Source: an uncultured virus (IMG/VR IMGVR_UViG_3300025767_000004) (Duplodnaviria; Heunggongvirae; Uroviricota; Caudoviricetes). Taken from it: a DNA stretch of 47,142 nucleotides. How positions within the stretch are numbered: the stretch's first letter is position 1; every line of letters begins with the position of its first letter. A program made the translations under genes and the position numbers. Of the stretch, positions 1 through 9,440 are shown one piece after another. The notes beneath the pieces were generated by a model, which was not told the DNA's origin, did not search any database, and saw nothing but the letters and a program-made list of their open reading frames with translations. Location: the IMG/VR virus record IMGVR_UViG_3300025767_000004; one strand, given 5' to 3'.

Positions 1-1
1 T

Positions 2-523
2 AATAATATCCTCAAAGTCCATATTATGAACGTGCGTTATCTTATCAAAGTGATTAAAGAACTTTGGATTGTTCAATTTATTTCTAAACGCATTAAACTT
101 TGAATTGTACTTACCCTTTAAGTCTATGAAGTTAGATGTCTCAGGGCGAATACCACTGAAAACTTGGGTAACCACATAAATATACTCCAATCCTTTTTGG
201 TAATCAGGCTTATCAGGGTCGAAATCAAAGTCTGAGAATGCAGATTTCTGATATTCAACGAAACGGTCTCTCTCCTGAGCGGGAATATCCTTAATGTATT
301 CAAAAAACTCTTTATAGTTTTTTACACACGCAAATAAGTTCGCGTTAACTTTATTAAAGTCGTTATAAACCACCCTCTCTAAATTAGGGTACTTTGTTAG
401 GTCCATATTGTAGTACACCCAAAAGGCACCACTAAACGGTTCAACATACGTCTTAATATCGGTAGGGATGTATTCCTTTATCCACTTACCTATTTTACTC
501 TTACCTCCTATATAACTAAACAT
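2..523 (-). CDS. D12-class N6-adenine DNA methyltransferase (Dam-like), 3' end runs off window
   Basis: Not in ORF track. Manual translation from ATG at 523: MFSYIGGKSKIGKWIKEYIPTDIKTYVEPFSGAFWV, with YxGGK and EPFxG (motif I) of Dam-family MTases. Confidence 0.9.
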   Translation of the reverse strand, partial: MFSYIGGKSKIGKWIKEYIPTDIKTYVEPFSGAFWVYYNMDLTKYPNLERVVYNDFNKVNANLFACVKNYKEFFEYIKDIPAQERDRFVEYQKSAFSDFDFDPDKPDYQKGLEYIYVVTQVFSGIRPETSNFIDLKGKYNSKFNAFRNKLNNPKFFNHFDKITHVHNMDFEDII

Positions 524-543
524 ATCTTTTCTTTTAATTTCTA

Positions 544-575
544 CAAATGTAATATAAAAAATCGTAAAAGGCAAA
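544..575 (-). promoter_or_regulatory. Bacteroidota-type promoter for the MTase
   Basis: TTTG-N20-TACATTTG on minus strand, 20 nt upstream of ATG. Confidence 0.75.
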
Positions 576-600
576 TGTTTTTAGTGTTAAAATATAAGAT

Positions 601-660
601 TTGACAATTTCAAGTGATAACACTATATTTATAATAAGATAACATTAAGATAACATTAAA
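601..660 (+). promoter_or_regulatory. Promoter region with phased GATAACA repeats
   Basis: TTGACA-N17-TATATT (601-629), TATTTATA (626-633), GATAACA at 616, 638 and 649. Confidence 0.55.
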
Positions 661-670
661 ACTAAAAACT

Positions 671-1024
671 ATGAAAATGAAAAGTTTATTAACAATTTTA
701 GTAGGGTTATTTATTATGACAGTATCTTACGGACAAAGTAAGACTTACTCTGTTGATGAGTATGGTCGTATAACATATACCCTTACCGATGATAATGGTA
801 ACCTAAAAGAAAAGGGGGAATATCTAAACGGTAAAAAACATGGAACGTGGAAGTCATACCACCCAAACGGTAAAATTCAAGCAATAGCAACTTATCGTAA
901 TGATAAAAGAGATGGTAGATGGAAATTCTACAAATCAAACGGAGACTTAGAAGCTATTTTAGTATTCGATAACAATAAGAGAGAAAGAGCCATCGTACAT
1001 CAAACATTGGTTTATAATTTTTAA
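671..1024 (+). CDS. Secreted MORN-variant repeat (YwqK-like) protein
   Basis: Signal peptide, then repeats GEYLNGKKHGTWKSYHPNG / ATYRNDKRDGRWKFYKSNG. Confidence 0.8.
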   Translation: MKMKSLLTILVGLFIMTVSYGQSKTYSVDEYGRITYTLTDDNGNLKEKGEYLNGKKHGTWKSYHPNGKIQAIATYRNDKRDGRWKFYKSNGDLEAILVFDNNKRERAIVHQTLVYNF

Positions 1025-1043
1025 CTTAACCTAACGTAATGTT

Positions 1044-1079
1044 TAATCCCCTTATTTTTTAATGAGGGGATTATTTTTT
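1044..1079 (+). terminator. Intrinsic terminator
   Basis: TAATCCCCTTA...TGAGGGGATTA stem followed by T run. Confidence 0.75.
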
Positions 1080-1132
1080 CCCCACTATTTACACTAAACT
1101 AAATTTATTTATTTTTAATAAAAAACAATACT

Positions 1133-1291
1133 ATGTCTTGCAGTAAATGTAAAAAGAAAGAAGAAAGAGAATTTATCGAAAAAGAAATTAATCGATTGGA
1201 ACGACCAGTACAGATATTTGTATTTGCGGGATTAGCACTTACACTATACGGTATTGTATCATTAGTGATTAAAGTTGTCTCCCTTTTTTAA
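1133..1291 (+). CDS. Small membrane protein (52 aa) with N-terminal CxxC
   Basis: Manual translation MSCSKCKKKEEREF...VQIFVFAGLALTLYGIVSLVIKVVSLF; overlaps dnaJ 3' end by 30 nt. Confidence 0.55.
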   Translation: MSCSKCKKKEEREFIEKEINRLERPVQIFVFAGLALTLYGIVSLVIKVVSLF

Positions 1292-2062
1292 TTCCTCTAA
1301 TAATCTAATCTCTGTGTCCGTTAGTTGTTTCGGACTAATCACCTTAAACTTAATGTATAGGTCTCCCTGACCGTAACTAGTCATAAAACCCTTACCTCTA
1401 ACTCTTATCGGTTGGTCTGGTTGTAAACACGTTGGTGAGTTTACTTTTATCTTAGTTGTAAATAAATCCACAATTACTTCAGTACCCAATAACACGTCAA
1501 TAGGATTTATACTATGGGTATATATAATATCATTACCGTACTTTTCGTAAACACCGTCACTCTCAATACTAATAATAACGATTAGGTCACCTGTGAATCT
1601 CTGACCCTCATTACCACCACCACGAACTCTAAACATATTACCGTCATCACAATTGCTTGGGATGTTAATTTTTATAGTTCTTAATTCTTCTCTACCCTGA
1701 AGGTCTTTTCGGTAATACCTTATCTCTTTATCTAAACCTAAAACACAATCCTTAACCGTAATAGATAAGTCTATTTTAATATCTGACCCTCTTAAGTTCG
1801 CATTCCTTCTCTGAGACCTAAAGATATCCTCACCAAAATGTTGTCCGAAGAAATCTGAGAAGTTAATTTTTGGGGTGTCGTACTCTCTTCTCTTATTCTC
1901 ATCACCTAAAACACTATACGCCTCATTAATCTTTTTAAACATTTCATCGTTACCATCATTAATATCTGGATGGTATTTTTTGGACAACTGTCTGTACATC
2001 TTTTTGATGTCGTCTTGACTCGCCTGTTTACTTATTCCTAAAATGTCGTAATAATTATTCAT
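1262..2062 (-). CDS. dnaJ: DnaJ-class co-chaperone lacking zinc finger (CbpA-like)
   Basis: J domain with HPD motif (YHPD); DnaJ C-terminal motifs GDLIV and GDLYIKF. Confidence 0.9.
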   Translation of the reverse strand: MNNYYDILGISKQASQDDIKKMYRQLSKKYHPDINDGNDEMFKKINEAYSVLGDENKRREYDTPKINFSDFFGQHFGEDIFRSQRRNANLRGSDIKIDLSITVKDCVLGLDKEIRYYRKDLQGREELRTIKINIPSNCDDGNMFRVRGGGNEGQRFTGDLIVIISIESDGVYEKYGNDIIYTHSINPIDVLLGTEVIVDLFTTKIKVNSPTCLQPDQPIRVRGKGFMTSYGQGDLYIKFKVISPKQLTDTEIRLLEELKKGDNFNH

Positions 2063-2698
2063 ATGGGTAAAGATAAAAAATATATTATAGTCCTTTTCTC
2101 TAATCGAAAAAAACGTAGAGTATTGTTTAAATCTAACAACCTAAACAACACTAAGAAGAAATATAAAGAATTTTTAGAAAAAGAAAAACCTTTGTTTCCT
2201 CAAGTTTTTAGGAATAAGACAAAAGTAAACTATGAGGTCGCTATTGTTACCACTGTAAACCATAATATCCCAGAACTTTTTACTAAGGATGATATTGGTA
2301 GGATAAACAAAGCAGAGTTTCAATCTGACGTACATTACTTCTTAGATATACAACCGTATGAAATTTCTGAGAAACTATGGGATTTTCAAGATGATATATA
2401 TATTGACGCGGAAACTCTATACTCCAAAATTAAAAAAGGTAACCTATTCAAACAGGTATTCACCCTTAATAATAAAATATTTGTTCAAATTGATGATAAA
2501 GTTAAAGGATACGGTTTAAAGAATATCGAAGACTGTCAAAGACTATTCAATATATTAAGGAATCATTCTATTGATGAATCATTAGGAAATATTATGTATG
2601 TTCAGGATATATCAACCGCACAAAGAAAAGACCTGTACATTCTATTGCAAAAAAATGGATTCCCGAAGGAATCCTTGTATCGTCACTATTCGTATTAA
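2063..2698 (+). CDS. Hypothetical protein
   Basis: 211-aa ORF, divergent from dnaJ with no gap. Confidence 0.7.
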   Translation: MGKDKKYIIVLFSNRKKRRVLFKSNNLNNTKKKYKEFLEKEKPLFPQVFRNKTKVNYEVAIVTTVNHNIPELFTKDDIGRINKAEFQSDVHYFLDIQPYEISEKLWDFQDDIYIDAETLYSKIKKGNLFKQVFTLNNKIFVQIDDKVKGYGLKNIEDCQRLFNILRNHSIDESLGNIMYVQDISTAQRKDLYILLQKNGFPKESLYRHYSY

Positions 2699-2928
2699 CT
2701 TCTTTTGAAGGTAAACTCAATTCCCGATATATTTAACTTAAACGTTTTTTTAGGTATTTGTAAGAATCCTCTCCTCTTTATCACTTTTTCGTGTAACTCA
2801 TCAAATTCTTCTGAAGGTAAATCAAATTCAACCGTTACATTGTTAGACTCTAAATTTACATTGTCCAACAATTCAGATATAATACCTAATTGGTTCATTA
2901 CATCCCCAACACCTTTTTTAATCTCCAT
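2695..2928 (-). CDS. Hypothetical protein
   Basis: 77-aa ORF in minus-strand run. Confidence 0.6.
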   Translation of the reverse strand: MEIKKGVGDVMNQLGIISELLDNVNLESNNVTVEFDLPSEEFDELHEKVIKRRGFLQIPKKTFKLNISGIEFTFKRS

Positions 2929-3083
2929 ATTACACCTTTATTTTCAGTTGTTTTAGTAGTTATTGTATTACCAATGTCTTCCCTATTTAACGAGGTGATT
3001 TCATTGATTAACTTATTTTTGTGTTTTTTAACTTCAACACTATCCTTGACTACTTGTCTCTCCAACCAATTCTTGTCCTTCAT
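2898..3083 (-). CDS. Hypothetical protein
   Basis: 61-aa ORF overlapping both neighbours. Confidence 0.55.
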   Translation of the reverse strand: MKDKNWLERQVVKDSVEVKKHKNKLINEITSLNREDIGNTITTKTTENKGVIWRLKKVLGM

Positions 3084-3486
3084 TTAATTCGATTTCTTCA
3101 GTGTTAGTCCCTTCTTCGTTAACCTCAAAATGTAAATCCTTTAATTTATTCAATTCTGTGGTTTCAAACCTTCTCTTTAATTCGATAATTTTTTCCTGTA
3201 ATAATCTATCTTTTTCCTCTCTCTCTTCATTGTTAGTGATAACCTTTAGAATGGTATTAACCGCCAATTGAACGTGAATAGACTCACTCTTAGAATAGAA
3301 AGATAAGTATCTTTTATTACCCTTAACTCCGTTATCTTTTACTCCGATATCTCCTTTAACACTTACAACCTCATCTTTATAGGTCCATTGTGTTGGTAAT
3401 GTTACGTCAATGATAAAAAATGACTGATGCTTTCTAATCGCATGGAAAAAAGGTTCCATCAATTCTATGTTTTCGTATAATGTCAT
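3040..3486 (-). CDS. Hypothetical protein with C-terminal coiled coil
   Basis: Start revised to 3486 (MTLYENIE), which forms an ATGA overlap with the upstream small ORF. Confidence 0.7.
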   Translation of the reverse strand: MTLYENIELMEPFFHAIRKHQSFFIIDVTLPTQWTYKDEVVSVKGDIGVKDNGVKGNKRYLSFYSKSESIHVQLAVNTILKVITNNEEREEKDRLLQEKIIELKRRFETTELNKLKDLHFEVNEEGTNTEEIELNEGQELVGETSSQG

Positions 3487-3659
3487 AATAGTATATATGT
3501 TAAAATGTATGATATTGTAGAACCCCAAATAATCTTTTCTCTCCAATCAATAATGAACGGTTGAGGTGGTGTTTTCATAAAACTTCTTACAATCCTTAAT
3601 ATAATATCAACATTATGGAATATTGATAAGAAAAATATAAATAATTCTAATTCTTTCAT
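3483..3659 (-). CDS. Small two-helix membrane protein (58 aa)
   Basis: Manual translation MKELELFIFFLSIFHNVDIILRIVRSF...IIWGSTISYILTYILL; fills the gap exactly. Confidence 0.6.
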   Translation of the reverse strand: MKELELFIFFLSIFHNVDIILRIVRSFMKTPPQPFIIDWREKIIWGSTISYILTYILL

Positions 3660-3661
3660 TC

Positions 3662-3835
3662 TTATTTTTTTGTTGCGTCTAACACTTCTTTTCTTAAGTC
3701 CTGTAATAACTGTTTGATTTCCTGAGCAGTTTTTCTTGCTCGGGTAGCAGCACTTTTATTTCCCTTATCAATCGCCTTTTGTGAATCAACAGACAATAAT
3801 TCAGTCAATTCTTTTATTTTAGATAATGTATCCAT
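3662..3835 (-). CDS. Histone H1-like (Hc1-family) small basic protein, 57 aa
   Basis: Manual translation MDTLSKIKELTELLSVDSQKAIDKGNKSAATRARKTAQEIKQLLQDLRKEVLDATKK; KGNKxAxTRARK signature. Confidence 0.85.
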   Translation of the reverse strand: MDTLSKIKELTELLSVDSQKAIDKGNKSAATRARKTAQEIKQLLQDLRKEVLDATKK

Positions 3836-3889
3836 ATTTAATTAATTGTGATTCTTAATAGTTTAAATGTAATAATTTTAAACCTTATG

Positions 3890-4360
3890 TCAAGTCTTTA
3901 ACGCATTTTCGAGTATTTTGTATAAATCAGTATACATATCTAACTCACTCTTAGTCTTCTTACCTTTAAGATTAAAAAGACTTTTAAAAAATATTTTAAT
4001 ATTGTCGACAGACTCTCTAGTTTCTTCAAAGTAGAATGCGTCGTCAAAGAACGACCAAAAATAATCGTAATGCTGACCCTTACTAGAAAAGTTTATGTTT
4101 TCTTTCTCAAAGTCTTCTATGACTTTACTGAAGCACCAGTTAAAGTGTCCTTGTTTATCCTCATCGGTAAACACGACATCATCCCCTAAGTAAGTCATTT
4201 CGACTAAACTATATAGGGTTAAAACAAAATCATAAAATAAATCAGAATATTCTGGTATTATGTTATTTGCCTTTAACCAAACTTCTATTTGATTTTCGTT
4301 CATCGGTTGGGTTAAGTACCCGTAAAACTCACTAACTAAAAAGTTTTCATTTCTCTCCAT
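3890..4360 (-). CDS. Hypothetical protein
   Basis: 156-aa ORF. Confidence 0.75.
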   Translation of the reverse strand: MERNENFLVSEFYGYLTQPMNENQIEVWLKANNIIPEYSDLFYDFVLTLYSLVEMTYLGDDVVFTDEDKQGHFNWCFSKVIEDFEKENINFSSKGQHYDYFWSFFDDAFYFEETRESVDNIKIFFKSLFNLKGKKTKSELDMYTDLYKILENALKT

Positions 4361-4397
4361 AAGGAAAGGTAAATCAACTTATAAAGATATTCAAGTA

Positions 4398-5321
4398 TTA
4401 CTGAGTCTTTTTAGTATAATCAACAAGTTTTTTCATTTTTTTCATATCTGAAATAACTTTGTCGTTAATCATCGACTCATTCACTGTCTCAACTTTCTGA
4501 GGAAAAGTATTATACCCTTTTTTCTTTTCTTTCGCTAAACCTTCTCTCTTACGAGTTTTGTTAACTTTTTCACCTGTCTCGGTTGGTACTACATTCCCTA
4601 ACGGTTCACCGAATACGTCGAATTGAGCGTTTCCTTGAGTGGAATCTCCTTTAAGTTGTTTTTCTGTTTTTTCTTCAAAATTTTCAGGAGTTCTGTCATA
4701 TTCTAAAGCTTGCATTCCACCTTTCATATCCTCAATGAATTCAAGCTCCTCATCTTTTTCAACTCTCTCCCCTTTTATTTCACCACCAGTTTGTATTGGG
4801 AATTCATTACCTGTATTACCTTCGATGTCAGTATACTCCTTCATCTTTTTGGTAACCAAGTCATTGTTATCTTTGTTATGTTTACCTGATTCTTTGTGTG
4901 ACTTCTTATATGTGTCAATACCAGGTACGTTTTGTTCTGAAACTAATTTTTCTACCAATTCTATTAAATCAGATTCTGTAAGTCTTAAAACTTTCTTAGT
5001 TGATTCTTTAACAGGGTACGTTTTTCCGTCAACATCAAATTCTTCTTCTCCTGCTTCTTTCGCTTTAGAAAGTGCGTCTGTGAATTTATTTCCTTCTTCA
5101 ACGTCTGTTTCTGATTCGCTAACAGGACATTTACATTCAGTTTCGTTTAAACCACATGACTCACAAACCGCTACTTCAGATTCGTTAATTCCACATTGGC
5201 ATTCACCTGACTTGCACTTATCACAACCGCCTTCAGTTATATTCATCGCTTTAAGGACTTCTTCCTTAACAACGCTCTCTATCAATTTTCCTATTTCAGT
5301 ATTAATCTTACTCAATTTCAT
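4398..5321 (-). CDS. Acidic putative head-associated protein with Cys-rich segments
   Basis: KKVLRLTESDL motif, many I/L/V-x-E sites, two Cys clusters; TATTTATA upstream. Confidence 0.6.
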   Translation of the reverse strand: MKLSKINTEIGKLIESVVKEEVLKAMNITEGGCDKCKSGECQCGINESEVAVCESCGLNETECKCPVSESETDVEEGNKFTDALSKAKEAGEEEFDVDGKTYPVKESTKKVLRLTESDLIELVEKLVSEQNVPGIDTYKKSHKESGKHNKDNNDLVTKKMKEYTDIEGNTGNEFPIQTGGEIKGERVEKDEELEFIEDMKGGMQALEYDRTPENFEEKTEKQLKGDSTQGNAQFDVFGEPLGNVVPTETGEKVNKTRKREGLAKEKKKGYNTFPQKVETVNESMINDKVISDMKKMKKLVDYTKKTQ

Positions 5322-5337
5322 TTTAATGGTCTTTAGT

Positions 5338-5345
5338 TATAAATA
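5338..5345 (-). promoter_or_regulatory. Putative late-promoter motif TATTTATA
   Basis: Same octamer recurs upstream of several virion-like genes. Confidence 0.55.
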
Positions 5346-5356
5346 TCACAGAACCT

Positions 5357-7186
5357 TTATTTGTCTGTGTTTTTATTATTTTTTTCAGCCTTATCCATTC
5401 TTTCCTGGTTAGTCTGTTTCATTCTTTCTCTAAAAAGTGATTCTTCTAAATCGTTTAAAATAATCGACTTTACTTTTAATGGGTCTTCCCCCATATCCTT
5501 AGCTACTTTATCAGCCATCTTAGAATACTTACCGTCTTCGAATAATTCCAAAGCCTTAATGTCCCCCTGATTACAATATGGGTAAGTCTTACACTTATCC
5601 TTTATCTTTACAAATTTACCGTTCGGTATTTGTGTTTTGGCAGCTCCTCTATGATTCTTAGCATCTTTAGCTAAGAAAAATGGTGTCTCATAAGAACCTG
5701 AACTACTCGATAATGTAGCCTCCTTTGTATCCATCTTAACTGTTTCTTCAGATAATTTAGATAATTCAGTTGCCGTCTCAATACCCACTATACCATCAAC
5801 CTTTAGTTTCTTATCTTTCTGAAACTTACTCACTGCCGACTTAGTTTCAGGACCGTACTGACCGTCAATACCTTTTTTAGGTAAATCATACCCATTAGAC
5901 ATTAAAGTCGATTGTAGGTCATTTACTCCCTCACCACTAGACCCTACGGCTAATAGTTGAGAGTTATCTCCGTTATCAACAATATCTTTTATTGTTAGGT
6001 TCTGTTTAACTATATTAGTTTTTTTCTTACCTGTCGAGACTTTTTGATTATTTTCTCCCTCAGTATTTGAAACGTGTAAATGATTTTTGTGTGAACCATC
6101 ATTCATATACCATAACACTGCCTTAGGGTTTCTACTTCCCTCCGCATTACGATTATATCCTAACTTTTCTAATTCAGAACATAGTCTATCTCCCGCAACT
6201 TTAAAACCTTTAGGGTTATCTTTGTAACTCATCGGTTTTGTCTCATTTGAGTTTTCTAAATCTTGTAATCTAGAAACATCAACCGCTAATCCCCTATAGT
6301 GTCTACTAACATTTCCTGACTTTGTCATCTTACCGTGACCTGATGTCCCGTAAGTAATCTCCGCTTTAACATTAGCTCTGTCAGCAGCAATTCCTATATC
6401 ATCCACTAAATCTTTATTAGTATAATCATCTTCCGCTCTACCACTAACATCAAGATTTGGTAAACTTTCGTCACCAATTCTCATCATTACCTCATCAACA
6501 TCACCTCTTAGGTCTTCATCTCTGTCGATAACTTTTTTTAATATACGATTCATTACATCCGTTGTCAAACCTTCGGTCTCACCATTTGGATTATCGTCAG
6601 ACTTTAATTGAGGAGAGAATCCCATTCCCTCATCTAAATCACTTTCTTTCTCACTAACAGTATATGGTTTAATATTCCCCATCGGTCTTTTAATGACCTG
6701 AGTTTTCTTAGTTGATGGTGATACGAATAATGGACCTAAGAAAGACCCACCTGACGCGGCACCTGTAACTTCAGTCAACTCATCAACCGCATTATCAATC
6801 GCATCAATTCTATCATTGAAATCATTAGGGGTGAAACTCTTTATACGACTTTCAATATCCACCTTAGTTTGATTCAATAGTTTTAAAATCTCTGGTAATT
6901 GTTTTACCTTAATTTTTGGTAACTCCTTAAGTATTGATGATACAAACTTCTTAGTTATTTTCTCAATTCTCTTTTTAGGGTTTGAAAATGGGTTTAATGA
7001 AATCTCATCAATATCACCTTCGATACTCATCGCTTCATCCAACGCATCTAAAACATTTTGTTTACCGTATTTCTTTTTACCCTCAATCATAGATAACATC
7101 TTTGACGTATCCGTAGATTTATTAATATGATTTACTGACGACATGTTTTTAACTGTTGCCGATTTGATATCGTTAGTTAGACTCAT
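5357..7186 (-). CDS. Putative virion protein containing an M15-like Zn peptidase and a peptidoglycan-binding domain
   Basis: SRHYRGLAVDV...HKNHLHV (H-x6-D, HxH); GSSGEGVNDLQ...IDGQYGPETKSAVSKFQ...VDGIVG. Confidence 0.75.
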   Translation of the reverse strand: MSLTNDIKSATVKNMSSVNHINKSTDTSKMLSMIEGKKKYGKQNVLDALDEAMSIEGDIDEISLNPFSNPKKRIEKITKKFVSSILKELPKIKVKQLPEILKLLNQTKVDIESRIKSFTPNDFNDRIDAIDNAVDELTEVTGAASGGSFLGPLFVSPSTKKTQVIKRPMGNIKPYTVSEKESDLDEGMGFSPQLKSDDNPNGETEGLTTDVMNRILKKVIDRDEDLRGDVDEVMMRIGDESLPNLDVSGRAEDDYTNKDLVDDIGIAADRANVKAEITYGTSGHGKMTKSGNVSRHYRGLAVDVSRLQDLENSNETKPMSYKDNPKGFKVAGDRLCSELEKLGYNRNAEGSRNPKAVLWYMNDGSHKNHLHVSNTEGENNQKVSTGKKKTNIVKQNLTIKDIVDNGDNSQLLAVGSSGEGVNDLQSTLMSNGYDLPKKGIDGQYGPETKSAVSKFQKDKKLKVDGIVGIETATELSKLSEETVKMDTKEATLSSSSGSYETPFFLAKDAKNHRGAAKTQIPNGKFVKIKDKCKTYPYCNQGDIKALELFEDGKYSKMADKVAKDMGEDPLKVKSIILNDLEESLFRERMKQTNQERMDKAEKNNKNTDK

Positions 7187-7434
7187 TACGTTCTTATATT
7201 TTTAACTGGTTGTTCCCAGAAATTACGTCTCATCCATAGTTGTCTAAATAACTCAACCAATGCCTTTGACGAAATATCCACAACATCTTTTTTATTTACA
7301 ACACCCTGTTTTTTTAACTCTTCTTCTACTGTTTTTAAAACAATTTTTTGTGCCTTTGTACTGTCCATAAAGTCTTTAATCTCTTTACGAACTATTCTTT
7401 CTATTTTTTGTGTATCTGTTTTAGTTAGTGCCAT
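7186..7434 (-). CDS. Hypothetical protein
   Basis: 82-aa ORF; TATTTATA at 7439-7446. Confidence 0.7.
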   Translation of the reverse strand: MALTKTDTQKIERIVRKEIKDFMDSTKAQKIVLKTVEEELKKQGVVNKKDVVDISSKALVELFRQLWMRRNFWEQPVKNIRT

Positions 7435-7446
7435 ATCTTATAAATA

Positions 7447-8343
7447 TTAAAAAATCTTATAACCTACAGTTAACCCGATACCGATTGATGGAGTGAACAC
7501 TCCATTACCATAACCTAAGTTTAATGTCGGTCCAATCATCGCGCCAAAACCTGTCCTCTTTCTTTTAATCACAGGTAGTGGTATCGTCTTAGGTTCTACA
7601 TCTATAAAGTTTACTCCATCAGCATATGGTATATTCAATATACTACTCGGAATATCCTTACCGTAAATGTCAACAGGGTTTATCAGAATCCTCGTATTAC
7701 CGTTTGGTAGTTCTAATTGCCCAATATTTAATGTGAAATTCAAACCATGTGTAATCTGTGTACTCTTAGACGGACCATACTTATCTAACAATGTCAATCT
7801 TAAAGTATCACCATAAGGTTCAAACGTAAACCACGTCTTAGTCTCAATATCAAAAACACTATTACTCTCTTTAACCTCTAAACTATATTCTAAACTGTCA
7901 ACTTTAGTAACATTTGTAGTCGCATCAGTACTAACCGTCTGAGAAGATACATCAACAACAAATACGTTCTTAACGTCAGATTTCTCATTCAACTCCTTAC
8001 TTATTTGACTAATTTTTTGATTCGCATCACTTAGTCTCTTAGTTAGTATGACCGTTTCACTATCTTTAACCCTAACAACATCTTTTAAGTATGAGAAATT
8101 ATCCTCATAGTATTTAACACTATCTTTTAATGCATTGATGTTATTAAGAGTTCGATTACTTTCGTTTTTAACATCCACCTCCATTCTTTCAATGGTTCCC
8201 TTTAACTGTCTGTTAGTCTCACACTGTTTAAAGAATAGAATAATGAACGCAGCAACAATCAACCCTAAAAAAAACTTTGGATGTTTCTTTAAGAATTGAA
8301 TAAATGTTGACGATATTTGTAGTATACTACTCAGTATCTGCAT
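7447..8343 (-). CDS. Membrane-anchored coiled-coil protein with C-terminal amphipathic beta-hairpin (spanin-like candidate)
   Basis: N-terminal TM FFLGLIVAAFIILFF, coiled coil, C-terminus GIGLTVGYKIF; start uncertain (8373 or 8343). Confidence 0.55.
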   Translation of the reverse strand: MQILSSILQISSTFIQFLKKHPKFFLGLIVAAFIILFFKQCETNRQLKGTIERMEVDVKNESNRTLNNINALKDSVKYYEDNFSYLKDVVRVKDSETVILTKRLSDANQKISQISKELNEKSDVKNVFVVDVSSQTVSTDATTNVTKVDSLEYSLEVKESNSVFDIETKTWFTFEPYGDTLRLTLLDKYGPSKSTQITHGLNFTLNIGQLELPNGNTRILINPVDIYGKDIPSSILNIPYADGVNFIDVEPKTIPLPVIKRKRTGFGAMIGPTLNLGYGNGVFTPSIGIGLTVGYKIF

Positions 8344-8854
8344 CTTCAGAGTCTGTTTGTTTTCTTGTAGCAACTAATTTAGCCCACTTACTTGAGAAAA
8401 TCTTATAGTACGACCTTAATTTCTGTATCATACTAATAAAGTCGTCATCCACTTTAGTCATTTGACCGTTGAAGTATATTCCGTTGTTCTCACCTAACGT
8501 GTAGAAAAATTCTAAGTCAAATTTAACTAACTTACCTGACCACTCAATATTATCAGGGTAAAGGTGTAACGCATCATAATCAACTAAATCAGAGACCTGT
8601 TCAACAAACTCATCCATTGTTTCTTGGAAGTTCTGCTTTTCGTCAGCAGTGATGTCTAATTCTGATTCACTATATCCGTGTACCACAATTTTACCACCCG
8701 ATACTGTATGTTCTCTTCTTTTTTCTTCAGGTTTAGTTTCAGTGTCTTCACCTGTATCATCGATACTCTGTCTGGTATCAATTTGTTCTGTAAGAGCTCT
8801 CGAACGTCTCAATAAGTTCTTAATTTCGTCGTACTCGTTAATCGTTTTTTTCAT
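8327..8854 (-). CDS. Hypothetical protein, putative virion
   Basis: N-terminal INE...LTEQ motif. Confidence 0.7.
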   Translation of the reverse strand: MKKTINEYDEIKNLLRRSRALTEQIDTRQSIDDTGEDTETKPEEKRREHTVSGGKIVVHGYSESELDITADEKQNFQETMDEFVEQVSDLVDYDALHLYPDNIEWSGKLVKFDLEFFYTLGENNGIYFNGQMTKVDDDFISMIQKLRSYYKIFSSKWAKLVATRKQTDSEDADTE

Positions 8855-9440
8855 TTGTCATTTCTATTAATTTATCAAAATCAAATGCCGGTGACACTCC
8901 TGTGTATAAATCCGAATAATTCGACTTTGATGTTATTCCTTTAAAATTTTCAACCCCTGATACTTTTGTATTATGTCCAACATAATCCATTTCAATACCA
9001 AACTCTTCAGTCAGTTCTTTGATTAGTTTTGATAGTTCAATATACTGTTCTTCAGTATAAGGGTCCCAAAAACCATAACCTCTCCACTTTTTCTCAAAGG
9101 GTTTATTAAAATAAATATCACCAATCCAGTTCATAAACTTACCAGAGATGTGATGTTTCTTTAACCACCCATTATTTTCTAATGAAATAATGATGGATTT
9201 GTTATCGACTCTCTTCATATCCATATAGTTTGAACTATACTTCGACTCAAAGAATTGCTTTCTATTACCTTCTTTACTTATCACAAAATGAGGTACCTTC
9301 TCATATTTACCTCCGAAACGATACTTTAACGCCATTAAATAATACCTCACACTTCTCGATGTGTGTGTTAAAATGATTTGCGTCTTATTTTGTTTCCTTC
9401 GTATATGAAAATACTTCCTCTTATCCACCGTATCTGTCAT
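8838..9440 (-). CDS. Amidase_2-like protein, Zn ligands apparently degenerate
   Basis: IILTHTS, PHFVISK, ISLENNG, YTEEQY align by eye with the amidase at 27595-28524. Confidence 0.7.
   Translation of the reverse strand: MTDTVDKRKYFHIRRKQNKTQIILTHTSRSVRYYLMALKYRFGGKYEKVPHFVISKEGNRKQFFESKYSSNYMDMKRVDNKSIIISLENNGWLKKHHISGKFMNWIGDIYFNKPFEKKWRGYGFWDPYTEEQYIELSKLIKELTEEFGIEMDYVGHNTKVSGVENFKGITSKSNYSDLYTGVSPAFDFDKLIEMTNEKND

Noticed and set aside
4639..5412. 257-aa Ser-rich plus-strand ORF and similar antisense ORFs (e.g. 9542, 9911, 15013, 29777)
   Set aside because: Shadows of Glu/Lys-rich minus-strand genes, with no motifs or expression signals
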